Origin: Vicugna vicugna
Taxonomy: Eukaryota
Reading direction: 5' to 3'
Length of the DNA: 64,000 nt
Assembly: GCA_013265495.1 (NCBI GenBank)
Contig: MU058540.1
Location: forward strand, 271,696-335,695
A model generated the notes under the pieces. That model saw only the letters and a program-made list of their open reading frames with translations, searched no databases and was not told the DNA's origin. This document shows, piece by piece, positions 1 to 47,679 of the stretch. The translations under genes were made by a program, and so were the position numbers. Each line of letters begins with the position of its first letter. Position 1 is the first letter of the stretch.

Positions 1-140
1 TACTGTATAGCACAGAGAATTATATTCAATATCTTATAATAACCTACAATGGAATATAACCTGAAAAAATATATAACTGAATCACTTTGCTATACACCTG
101 AAACTAACACATATTGTAAATCAACTATACTTCAATAGAA
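1..140 (+). mobile_element. LINE-1 3' terminal fragment (cetartiodactyl-type 3' UTR end), cut by the window edge
   Basis: tactgtatagcacag...gaatcactttgctatacacctgaaactaacac-atattgtaaatcaactatacttcaata resembles the L1 3' end seen in laurasiatherians (recognised, not searched). Confidence 0.75.
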
Positions 141-149
141 TTGTTTAAA

Positions 150-235
150 AAGAATAGTAGCTAATTCTTAAATAGTACTTACTAGATGCCAGCGACTGTT
201 CTAAGAATTTATATATACTTAACTCATCTGATTAT
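150..235 (-). mobile_element. MIR SINE fragment
   Basis: tagtagctaattct...tacttactagatgccagcgactgttctaag...acttaactcat resembles the reverse MIR core. Confidence 0.6.
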
Positions 236-564
236 TAAAAAAATAAAATGTGGTTAGCACTGTACCTGATATCATTTCCTCAGTAAAAGATCTTTCTAAA
301 TCAGTCCTTGATTAGCATGTTTGCATCCATCTGACTGATGCATTCTTTTCAATACTAATAAACTATGTCACCACCTGCTTGCTTTCACTGGCTACCCCAA
401 TATTTATTATACTACCACAGTAAATTCTTCCATCCAAGGGCATAATCCAATAAAACAGAATTTAAACAGATGACCTAAATCCAATTCACATATTAAAATT
501 GTTTATTACACTAATGACATGTTAATCAGGAGTGATTTGAAAACAATTATGCCTATGAGGAACT

Positions 565-712
565 TTATGGGGGTGGTAGAAATAGCCTTTATCTTGATTG
601 TGGTAGTGATTACACAATGAATATATTTGTCACAATTCAGAACAGTACAGCTAAGAAGGATGAATTTTTTTGCGTCTAAATCATATCTCAGCAAACCTGA
701 TATTTAAAAAAG
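565..712 (+). mobile_element. Old L1M (L1MB/MC-like) 3' end inserted in the ERVL pol
   Basis: tatcttgattgtggtagtgattacaca...tttgtcacaattc...catatctcagcaaacctga followed by an A-rich stub. Confidence 0.65.
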
Positions 713-1001
713 CAACTGCACCCAAAAACTCTGTCTTCCCTTATTGATTTTATGATTAAAAAGGAATGAACCATAAAGTCATAATTTCAGTAAATTTGGG
801 GGGAGAAAAATTCTGCCCAAGATCCAGCAAAAAGCCATTGCCCTTGAAACTCCCTCCCCAAAACAAGAACAGAAGTTAATTGGCATGTTTGCATTCTGAA
901 AACAGCACATCCCACATTATATTAAACTCGGATCTCTCCATCAGATTACTGAAAATGGAGCCAAATTCATATGGATCCTTAAACAGCAAGATGCCTTAGA
1001 G

Positions 1002-1204
1002 CTGTGCTGTCTGATATGGTAGCCACGAGCTACATGTGGCTGTTTAGATATATTAAAATTCAATACAATTTAAAATAAAGTTCTTTAGGTGCGCTAACCA
1101 CATTTCAAGTGCTTGAGAGCCACACGTGGCTGGTTGCTGCCATACTGGATTGCACAGATGTAGAATATTTCCATCATCACAGAAAATTCTATTGGCCAGC
1201 ACTG
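1002..1204 (+). mobile_element. MER3-like hAT-Charlie non-autonomous DNA transposon
   Basis: Termini ctgtgctgtc... and ...tattggccagcactg, internal inverted segments (agccac...gtggct), flanked by related 8-mers ccttagag / ctctaggg (hAT NTCTAGAN-like TSD). Confidence 0.8.
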
Positions 1205-1779
1205 CTCTAGGGGCCAAATAGGTATACAGACCACTAGGTGTCGAGGGTTTGAGTATTAAATATGTAACTGTGTGTCTCTGAAAATTCAACTGGCCGGCAT
1301 TTCTAATTAAAATCATCTTGAAATGATACATATTGTAGGTATTCTACTGATACTCCAGCAAGGGCAATGACCTTCTCAGACACCCAGAGGCAGGCATAGC
1401 AATGGAGGTAACTCACAGTGGCATCACACAGGAACGTGTGCTGCTGTGACATAGACACAGGCTCTGGGGGCCTGTAACAGTCTGCAGAAACTTCAAGAAA
1501 CCTCGAGCGGGAGGTCTGCCAGCCAAACAGAATAGCCTATTTGCTTTTAAATTTCTGCTGAGTGCTTTGCCTAGAGCTGTTGGTTTTTAGGCCACCACTA
1601 GTGGGTAGATTCTATTGGAACCCCCTCCTATCAGAGCAAAAATATAAACCATTGATTTTTATAGAAACTATGAGACTGCTTTATTGGTAAAAGCAGCCAC
1701 TGCAGAATTCCCCTCATTTCTGGATCTTTCTCAAGAAGTTGTTTAAAGACACAGCATGCAGAGACTTGTTCCCCAATAT

Positions 1780-2200
1780 CCATACTCCCACAACTCCTTA
1801 ATAGAACTTTCCATTTGATTTGGGCACGCAGACTTCCAGAACAAGTACTGGTTTCCCATCGTCCTTTCCAGTTACGTGTGATCCCCAGCCATAGAAAGCT
1901 GGTTCTCAGGGAAACTGTGGACCCCAGAGCTGAGCCAAGCACATTGGCTCTCCAGGAATCTGAACAGCAGAGCCCAGAGACGTGGAGACTGTGCACGGAG
2001 AACCTGAGTGGGGTCTGCGGCCACCACTCAGTGCTTGTGGCTCCAGAGACCAAGTCCGTGAACCCTTGAGCTCTTCCCTAAGGAGTCAACCCTTCCTTCA
2101 AATCCTAAGTACCTCAAGATTTTTATAACAAATTTCCCTGGGGCTTAAGCTGTTCTGAATCAGGTTTTACTGTTTGTAACAAAAAGAAACTTAAGAAGTA
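1780..2200 (+). mobile_element. ERVL-class LTR (LTR16/LTR33-like), probably the 3' LTR of the upstream pol fossil
   Basis: 3' end aaatttccctggggcttaagctg...tcaggttttactgtttgtaacaaaaagaaactta is typical of ERVL/MaLR LTR ends; same strand as the pol remnant; boundaries approximate. Confidence 0.55.
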
Positions 2201-2239
2201 GGGGGGTCTTGACAGCAATAAGATCAGAAATGGACAGGG

Positions 2240-2300
2240 TTGCTGTGCACCTGAAACTAACACAATATTGTAAATCAACTATATGCCCATTAAAAAAAAG
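2240..2300 (+). mobile_element. Severely 5'-truncated L1 3' tail with poly(A)
   Basis: ttgctgtgcacctgaaactaacacaatattgtaaatcaactat + A8; near-identical to positions 87-129. Confidence 0.7.
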
Positions 2301-3816
2301 AAGTATACAGAGGAGCAGGGCACCCCAGACACCAGTGTGTCGGCAGTAACCAAGGCAAGGAGTTGGAACTAAGGCAACATGGCCAGTTCCCCTCCCTTCC
2401 CTTTCCAATGCAAAGGCTGTCGTTAAAGGGAGAATTATTCCCTTACAGACCAAGTACTATCCCATTTTGCGGGTGAGAAAACTGATAATCATTAAATAAG
2501 CAGCCCAGCTGGAAGCAAAGCACCGCAGCTAAATGAAGAAGAAGCCCTTGTTAGGAATACAGCGAGATCTCCTGCCAGCTAACTTCAGTATGCCCTCAGC
2601 CCTGTCTGCTCAGCCCTACCCAACCTAGGCCATCAACTGCTACAGACTTTTCCGTCTGGCTGCCTCTGTCACCAGGCTCCAATTAAATGCAGTACTACTT
2701 CCCTTCTTCTCCCTAACCCTAATATCTCTGAAAATGTTTCTTAGTTTTTAGCTTTTATATGTTTCTGTAGATTTTCAATTCTGAAAAGTAAGGGAAATAC
2801 CGAGATATTAGTAAAAATGACCACAACTGAAAAGTTGCAGAATTATAAAAAATCTCTACCAACGCTAGGAATAAGGTGTTCCTTATTTTGTAAGAAGAAC
2901 TGGACCACTGCCTGAATAGCCCACACCCTGGGGAGACATGAACACAATGTAGGAGTAGATCTTCATGACCCACATACTTTGGCCCAAATCTCTATGGAGT
3001 CCAAGGCCTTTATAGATGAAGTGGTGAGACCTGGAACATGACCTTTACACCAGCTGCCATAGTATCCAGCATGGCTTTAATCTGTTTGCTTTGGAAAACC
3101 ACTCATCTTGGGAATAAAAGATCTTGAAGGACGAAGTAAGATGTTACTACCAGAGAGGCCAGAGCAAAGTACACAAATGCGTCGCTGCGCTCCCACTGAC
3201 CTAGGGCAGGTGGCTCTGTGGGCTGGCTCTCACTGCGGTTGATCTTACCATCCTGGCTTAAGGGTAGTGCCTCCATAGATGTCCCTGGTCTTCATTCAAG
3301 GACTAGCAGGACACACCTTCCCTACTGAGACTGCAATCTGCTGGCAGTGCCAGTTTCTGTGAAACTACTCTGAAGATGAGAAGAAAGCTAACAGAAAGCC
3401 CCAGTGCAAGCACCCAGGGATGACCTCTGCTCACTTCAACAGATCTACGTTGAGAAACACGAACACTGGCATCTGAACTGCACAGCTGGTCATGAAGAAG
3501 TTAGGATATGGCCTTAACACTCCCTGCTGACCACACCAAACCTGCAGGAATAGGAGCCTCATAACCACAAAGCAGCCACCTCCTACTACACAGGAGCTTT
3601 CTTTCTGAAGCAGTTAAGAGACTTACTTAGACCCACTCCCTTCCCCAGCTCATCTCCACCCCTACTTGCCCTGGTCCATTTAGAAACTACAAATCCCATG
3701 CAGCATAGCATGCAACATAGCCAAGAGAGGGAGAAAACAGAGACACATAGCCCATGGCTTTCTGGGATGTGTGGTACTTCCAAGTACAGTTATCTAAGTG
3801 GTCCAAATTTTACACG

Positions 3817-3946
3817 TTTTTTTTTTTGAGGGTGAGGGTAATTAGGTTTATTTATTTATTATTACTTTTTTAATGGGGGCACTGGGGATTGAACCCAGGA
3901 CCTCCTGCATGCCAAGCATACATTGTACCACTGAGCTATACCCTCC
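3817..3946 (-). mobile_element. tRNA-Ala-derived SINE (camelid vic-1-like)
   Basis: Reverse strand reads ggagggtatagctcagtggtacaatgtatgcttggcatgcaggaggtcctgggttcaatccccagtgcc (A/B boxes), then an AT-rich linker, aaacctaattacc and a poly(A) tail. Confidence 0.85.
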
Positions 3947-4779
3947 TTGCCACAAGCTGTTTTTTGACCATAAGTCACAGACGCCAAAAGTATCAGCTAG
4001 AGGGTGAGAGAGACCCCATCCCCACAGCCTTCAGGCTATAATCTCACTGCCCTCCTCACTCCAAGTCCTCCCCTCCTAAGCCTCCCAACCTGTTGTTGGC
4101 TGTGTGCCTGTGTCTAGGGCCTTCACACCCTCCTCCGACCTGGGTGGGGCCTTGCTGGCACACAACTCCATCACATCACTTACCTTTTCAAAAACCATCA
4201 ATGGTTCAAGTTAAATTCCTTTGAGAGGCAGCCAAGACATGTCAGGACACAGCCTCTCCCACAAGAATATGTTTTGGCCCAATCACACCCAAAGTAGCTC
4301 CCCAGATCTCTGCCTTCCTCTCCTTTATCTCCTCCCTACCACAGCTAGAAACCTCCACTGCCCACAAGCCACTGGAGCCACTGCCAGTACCCACATGTCC
4401 AGATGCCAGGACATTTGGACAACCCACGCCCAGTCCTACCCCAAAACTTTCATCTCTGGGCGCTGTCCTTAAACTCCTCTCATCTTTCCTTACAGCCAGG
4501 CCCCAGCTTCCCACTGCGAGGAGAAGGCTGTGGTCCTGGCCTTCTCAGCTGCGACTTGGAACAGAAGTGCTCATAAAACTGTTATATGGGGTTGCTTGGC
4601 ATACTAGTTAAATAGGCTTTTGTGGATTGGTCCTGGGGGCCTAACCACCATGTATAAATGTTATTTGAGTAAATGCATGGCATTGTTTCCACGGAGAAAA
4701 GCCCTCTGAGCTCAGAGTATCTGATCAAAAGTGACCTTTGGGGACACTCCCCTTTTGTGCTCTGAAAGCGACCTCTGTG

Positions 4780-5720
4780 GGTTTGGCTCCAATTGCTGAG
4801 AGCGCTCCGGAGAAACCTCAGCTCTGGGCCGGCTTGGCCGGGAGCGGGTGCGGGCGGAGCAGAATGCGGCGCGTCTGTTTAGGTTTGATCTTCCCTTCCG
4901 CTGAGGCCTGGCAGGTAGGGAGAGGGATGTCTGACGCGACTGAGACACAGGGGAGGGCATGAGTGATGCCAGAAACCCCGAGCATCGCCTGAACCCAAAT
5001 AGACGAGGCCCAGGGTCTTCCGTTCCATTCAGCCTCTTCCCAGGTTGGGGGAGTGGGAGTGAGGGTTCAGTGGGTGACGGAGGAGGGATGGTGGTTTGAG
5101 GACGTCTTAGGGACCCGAATCACTCCGGCTGCCCTTCGGGCGAGGTCTTGGCACCGGCACCAGAGGGCAGCAGAGGCAGAGAGATGCGCAGAGCCGGAGG
5201 CGCCGGCGGCCGGAAAAAGGATTTTCACCTGCGATGGGTTTTCCTGCCCGCCCGCCTACGCGAGGCTGAGCTTCTAGGTCCCCACAGAAGAGTTCCCTGG
5301 GATTGAGACTGCGTTAGCTCCAATACTCCAAGGTTTCAAAGATTGAGGCTTTGTCCTTGGGGACCGGTACGATCAAGGCGGCGCCCTCGGGGATCTGGAT
5401 CCGCCCGGAGGAAGAAGTACGGGGAGGTGGAGCTGCCTACTAGGACTCCGGGTCCCGGGTGCAAGTGAGCCCCTCCCCGGCCCGCTCCCGGGGGTCTGTG
5501 GCCGAGAAACCCAGACACACACACGTGCACACGCTCGTACATCCGTTCCTCCACTGCGCCTGCAGCCAGGCACCCAGCAAGGAAAGGCACCCAGCAAGGA
5601 AAGGGGCATCGCGACGCGGAGGAGGCCCTGAAGTAAGTTTTAATTTCCTGCCAGGACGTGTGGGAGCCAGGATGTGCTGTGTGCCAGGAGCTGCGGGAGG
5701 CCGGCTAGTGATGCCCGGCT
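4780..5720. promoter_or_regulatory. Orphan CpG-rich island ~1.3 kb past the COL11A2 3' end
   Basis: Abrupt rise in GC and CpG density (e.g. gcgccggcggcc, cgcgacgcgg) relative to 1-4700; no recognisable ORF. Confidence 0.6.
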
Positions 5721-7346
5721 GTGTGGCCTGTCCTGAACAGAAGGGACACCTGACCCAGAGCTGCTAAATAAGCCCTGAGAAGGGCCGCTGGGGGCGCGGC
5801 ATGGAGTTGGGGGAGACTGGGCGAGGACTGTGCATCTAGACTTGGCACAAACCCTGGAATGATGTAGACACTAATGCGCACAAGCAAGATGAACCCCGGC
5901 CGAATCCCTGGTTTTTTATGACACGACATGAAAGCCTGTACCAAAGACACAGGTGCAGCAAGAGTTGTCGTGGAAGTGAGCCTCAGTTCCCGCATTGCAG
6001 AGTTCAGGCTAGGCATCTAAGGCTCCTTCCGACCTTGAGGGCCCTAAAGACTGGGGGCGGGGTTGTGTTTGAGGTGAAAGCAAGGAAGGCAGGCACACCC
6101 TCACACAGAGCCAGTCCAGCACCAGCGTCAGGCAGAGCCCTGGGACCCCACCTGATGTCACGGGGGATCTGTTTGAGATTCTGAACATGTCAGCCAGGCA
6201 TTATGAACTCTCTCTGCACCCTGACACCCCAGCTGGACAGGCCTTCCAGCCAATAGGGATTAAGCCATCCATTTACGGTAACAGTTCAGCCAGGAAGAAG
6301 GCGTGTTGTCGGATGAGGGGTGGGGGGATTGAAATAACAACACAAGCACCACACACATACACCCCAGGAGGAGACAATCACATTTTTTAACCATCTGTCA
6401 GAATGGACGCAGGTCATAGTGCTAGACAAGGTCCTGGGAGTCCCTTCCATCCATATGCCACACATTAACCCTTTAGTTGCAGGATCGGGGAAGGTAAGGG
6501 GGTGCCCAAGGGAGGGATGGGGGTGGCCGGGATGGCAGTGGGAAATCCCGAGGGCTCAGGGCCATGGCAAATTCCTGGCTAAGATGGAAGAATCTCAATA
6601 TTTCAACAGTCCGCTGAACACGGGCCCTGCACACACCCCTTGCTATTCCATTTCTCCCCTGGGGGAGTGGCCTGGTCCCCAGGGAGCAGGCACTTCGTGC
6701 AAGCCCCAGACCAAGTGAAAGACAGCAGGTATGTGAGTCAGGGAGCCCCACCCTGGGCAGAGAGGCAGAGCCCTGAGGCAAAGGAGACCATATATTTCAA
6801 GGTTCACAGTGGGTACTGCAGGTGGGGTGTGAGAAGGTGGAGTTCAGCCTCCAACCCCTCACAGTCGCTGAGGAAGCCCTGAGGCAAGGATGAGGGTGCC
6901 AGGGCTCACCCCAGGAGAGCCCTGTCTCCAAAGTCCGTTGGTTTTCATTGGCAATTCTCTCTTTATCTTTTTTGTCATTTTGTTTTCCACTCTTTAAATA
7001 ATATAATTACTTTTTAAATACAAAATACACAGTGTCCTTTCTCTTCTCTTCCACTTGTTTGGGGTGATTGGGAGGTATATTTTAAATAAGGGTCTCTCAG
7101 CTGTCTAACAGGGCACAGGCTCCAGGTGGGAGGGCCCCGAGCCCCAGGTGACCCCCCCTCCCCTGGGGTGTCTCAGTACCCGCCTCACCCCTCCCCTGGA
7201 TTGCCCCTGACTGGAGGCTCTCGGTGCCCTGGCCCAAGGTCCCCTGGATGGTAAGGAGCCCTCCTGCGAGGTGGCACAGAACTGATGCTGTGGGATTCCA
7301 GGTGGGCCTGGTTTCGACGGACAGGGTCAGACAGAGGAGAAGGTTC

Positions 7347-35136
<27,790 letters not shown>

Positions 35137-36274
35137 AGCTGGCGCCCCGAACGCCAGGTCCCAGGGACCCAGGGGCAGCTGGAGGCGCTGGATGCCCCGA
35201 AGCTGTCAGGAGAGAAGGATCAGGCTCCGACGCCGGGGACCCGGGGAAGTCAGAGGCTGTCGGTTGGCGACAGCTCTCAGTGGCCCAGCTCCATGCAGTC
35301 AGACGCCGTCGGGGGCCCGGCGCTGCTCCCTCCTCGGTGGCCGCCGCTCCTGTGTGTCCCCGGCCACCCCAGCGGCCAGAGCCCCCACCTCGCTCCCGCC
35401 CCCGGCCCAGCCCCCGCCTCCAGGCGCCCGCCCACAGCCACCGAGGGGAAACCCCACCCTTGATCTCCACCTGGTTGGGGGGGGCGTGAATGGGAACTCT
35501 CCCTCACTGGCCCTCGGATTACTCGCTTCTGCTTCTTGAAGGGATCTCAATGATCTGTACCCTAGGATTCTCTTTTCGGGAACCCCAATATCTCTTTCCC
35601 AGTCTTTTTCTTTTGGGGGAACCCAAATGTCCAGTCACAACACCCCTCCCCCGTTCCTCCTCCTTGGGGACCCAGAACTCCCGTTCAGCAGAGTCCTGGG
35701 CGGGGTTTAGGGCACAGTGGGAGGGGAGAGGCGGGTCTGGGGGTCCCTACCTCGCCCCCACCCCATCGGGTCTCCATAATTATTTCCCCTCGCCCCGCCC
35801 GGTGTAATTACAGAGCCTGGCCTGGGGCAGGGGTATTTATAGACAAGGCTATAGATAGTGACTAGAGACCTGCAACTCGACGGCCACGGGGAGCGAAGGC
35901 GGTGGCGAGGAGGGAGGGTGGTTAGAGGAGAGGCCAGAGACTGGACAGACCCACAAACAGGCTAATCCAGTCCAAGGAGATGAAAATGGGGGACGATGTA
36001 AAGGGGACCGGGAGCCCAGGTGAAAAGGCACCCAGTGGAGAGGTGAAGGGGGCCGTCGACGCTAGTTGGCAGAGCCCCGGGAAACGGGGTCACTCGGGGA
36101 CGAGAGGCCGCCTACAGGCGGGCAACGCCTGAGCAGGCCGTGGCGTTCAGCGCCCAGTGCGCCCCCACGAACGGGCACGGCGCCGGGTCTGCCCGGAGCC
36201 CGCGGCGCGGCCGGAGGGAAGACCAGAGCGAGCCGAGGCGCCGCCGCCCGCTGGCGCTTAGGAGGGCGCAGGCG

Positions 36275-36381
36275 AACAAGGCGCCTTTGAAAGAGCGGGC
36301 CGCCCCCCCTTCCTCCTCCGGCCGGCCCCGCCCCCAGCCTGGCACACCCTCTCCCCCCCTCCGCGACAAAGCGCGCCTTGT
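36275..36381. promoter_or_regulatory. COL11A2 upstream chondrocyte enhancers: two paired inverted SOX9-type sites within a CpG island
   Basis: aacaag-gcgc-ctttga (36275-36290) and acaaag-cgcg-ccttgt (36366-36381): inverted HMG half-sites with 4-bp spacers. Confidence 0.75.
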
Positions 36382-36546
36382 GTCCCCTACGCTGTGCCCG
36401 CCTCTCAGGCCCCAGGGAACCTCGGCGGCGTCAAGGGAGCCCATCCGGAGCTCCCGACCGGATACCACCTCCCAACACCCAGCCAGCCCGATGCAGCGCT
36501 GCCCCCGCAACCGCAATACAGTCATCTCAGTCCAGAAAACAGCAAT

Positions 36547-36552
36547 TTTAAT
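36547..36552 (-). terminator. RXRB distal poly(A) signal ATTAAA (a proximal AATAAA lies at 37051-37056)
   Basis: tttaat / tttatt on the plus strand, downstream of the RXRB stop. Confidence 0.6.
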
Positions 36553-37648
36553 TCGAAAGCGATTTTATGTGTGAGTGTACGAGAGGGAAAAGGAACCCCA
36601 GAGAGAAGAGCTGCAGGGCAAAAATCATGCAGCCCCAGCACCCCATCTCTGCAGACAGGCCATCTCCCCTCAATTCTCAGGCCAGGATCCTGTGTCCCCA
36701 ACCTACTGTGTGTGTGTCCAGGGCTAGGGGGAGAGCTGTGAAGGGAAGAGCCCGAGGACTACTCACCAAACCACCCCCTGCCCTGTCATCACAGCCCAGA
36801 CCCCGTCCCCAAGTTTGACAGGAAGAGTTGGGGGGAGGGCGTTGGGAAGGCCAGTGCCTGAGGAGCCCAAGACAGACCATCTCAGAGCCCTGCCTTTCCC
36901 AAACACCACCTCCACCACTGGCATTTCTTAGTCAACCTAGGAAAGTACAGTACTTCTTTGAGTCTAACTGCAAGTCTCTATCCTTAAAGAAAATTAAAAA
37001 TAGCAGATGGATTCCTACAACTCCACCCAGCCCTTAACCACCACCACCTTTTTATTTTTCAGTCTGACTGCAGGAGGTGAAGTGGGAGAGGGCACTCTGG
37101 ACAGGAGACAGCGACAGGGCCCCCTCCTTCTTTCAGAGTAGCTCCATCTGCCAGGCTTGGTTAGAGGAAGGCCTGTCAGAGCCTAACTCCCATGTCCATC
37201 AGTTTGGGGGGCCTGCCCCCTAATATCCATCTCTGGAGAAGTTCCCATTTCCACTCTTCAGATGGGGGACTAAGTGAGACAAGATGAGAAGGAAGCAAGG
37301 TCCTGGGAGCAAGGCCAGTGCTTTGTGCTGGGGGAAGGAGAGGTCCCTCCAGGCAGGGGGTGAGAAAGCACCCCAAACCATGGCAGACCCACACAAGTTC
37401 AGAGACTCAAGGCTACTGAAGGGAGAGGTCCAGCCCTTGCAGTGATCTGGGGTCCCCTCTGACGGGATATCAGGCAAACCCTCGGAGGGTTTAGGGACCC
37501 CCCCTCCTTGGAGGTCTCAGTTCTGCCCTGAACTCCTCACCCCTCCAAAATTCTAGGAACATGGCCCCTCCCAACCCTGCCCGAGGCTCGGAGTCCCTCT
37601 CTGACGTGCCCTCCTCAAGCTTGAGGAGCACCACCTTTGGGTGTGGGC

Positions 37649-46863
<9,215 letters not shown>

Positions 46864-47679
46864 GTGGTGGGGTAAACCACCCCCACCCCAGCCCCAAACC
46901 TCTAGCCTCTAAGCCCATCAGGGGGCTCTGGAGGTTGGGGGCCCTGGCCCAGAACATCTACCAAAGGTAGGAGTTGTATCTTAGGGAAGTGGTGACTTTG
47001 GCTTGAAGGCCATCAAGATTTGACAGTCTTACAGGGACTGTAGAGGTGAGACTGAGAGCCTAGAGGGACCATGGTGTTGGGTTTGGGGGCTAAGTGGGAC
47101 CATGAAGAAGGTTGGAAGAGAGAGGGGTGATGGCAGCCTACCCCAAGTCCCCCACCCCACCTGTTCACAGAGGACCAAGCTGCCACACACAGACTTCAAG
47201 GTTTGCCTCCCTCTCTCCCACCTGTTGGTGGAGTCTTCAGGGAAGACCAGAGCCCTAGGCAGAGTGGGTAGCAAGAGAAGCCGGGGATAAACGGCAATCG
47301 TGTATCCTGATTTGGGAGTGATTCCGGGGGAGGAGGACTAGTTGCTAATCTCATGGTCTGATTTATTTTTTCGTTTCTATTCTTTTATATCACTTTTTGA
47401 GCGAGGAGGAGGGGTGGTGACCGGAAATAAAGTCCTCGGATTTTCTGCTTCACGCGTAGTCTTTGTCTTTTGCGGGGAATGGGAGCTCCTCATCTCCTCA
47501 CTCCACAGGCCCCCTAGCGGTCTTGTCTGGCCACGCCCCCGCAGTGGGAGGTCGGCCGGCGCTGGTGGCCTCCGGCCTATGGCAGGCCGGGCCTCGATTG
47601 GCCCGGCATTACCCTTGCTACGCCCCTTCTGCGCTCGGATTGGCTCAGTGCCGGAGTGCCCGCCCGCCCGCCGCCCGCC

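Larger units (their letters stand above)
253..1335 (+). mobile_element. Decayed class III (ERVL-like) endogenous retrovirus pol (RT/connection/RNase H), interrupted by younger insertions
   Basis: Broken frames read STVPDIISSVKDL..IHLTDAFFSIL, ILPQ, HNPIKQNL, IVYYTNDMLI, QKLIGMFAF*-QHIPH and (W)K*YI, colinear with ERVL pol motifs AVPDVVSLLEQI..IDLANAFFSIP, VLPQG, HNLIRRDL, LVHYIDDIMLI, LVGLFGFWRQHIPH, WKWYI. Confidence 0.8.

Noticed and set aside
1..4700. Expected MHC class II (DP/DO-like) gene remnants next to COL11A2
   Set aside because: No Ig-domain or class II peptide motifs were seen; the recognisable parts are transposon and ERV debris.
35833..35858. TATA/MEF2-like ctataaatac and ctatagatag upstream of COL11A2
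   Set aside because: The TSS cannot be placed from sequence alone, and short AT motifs are insufficient evidence.
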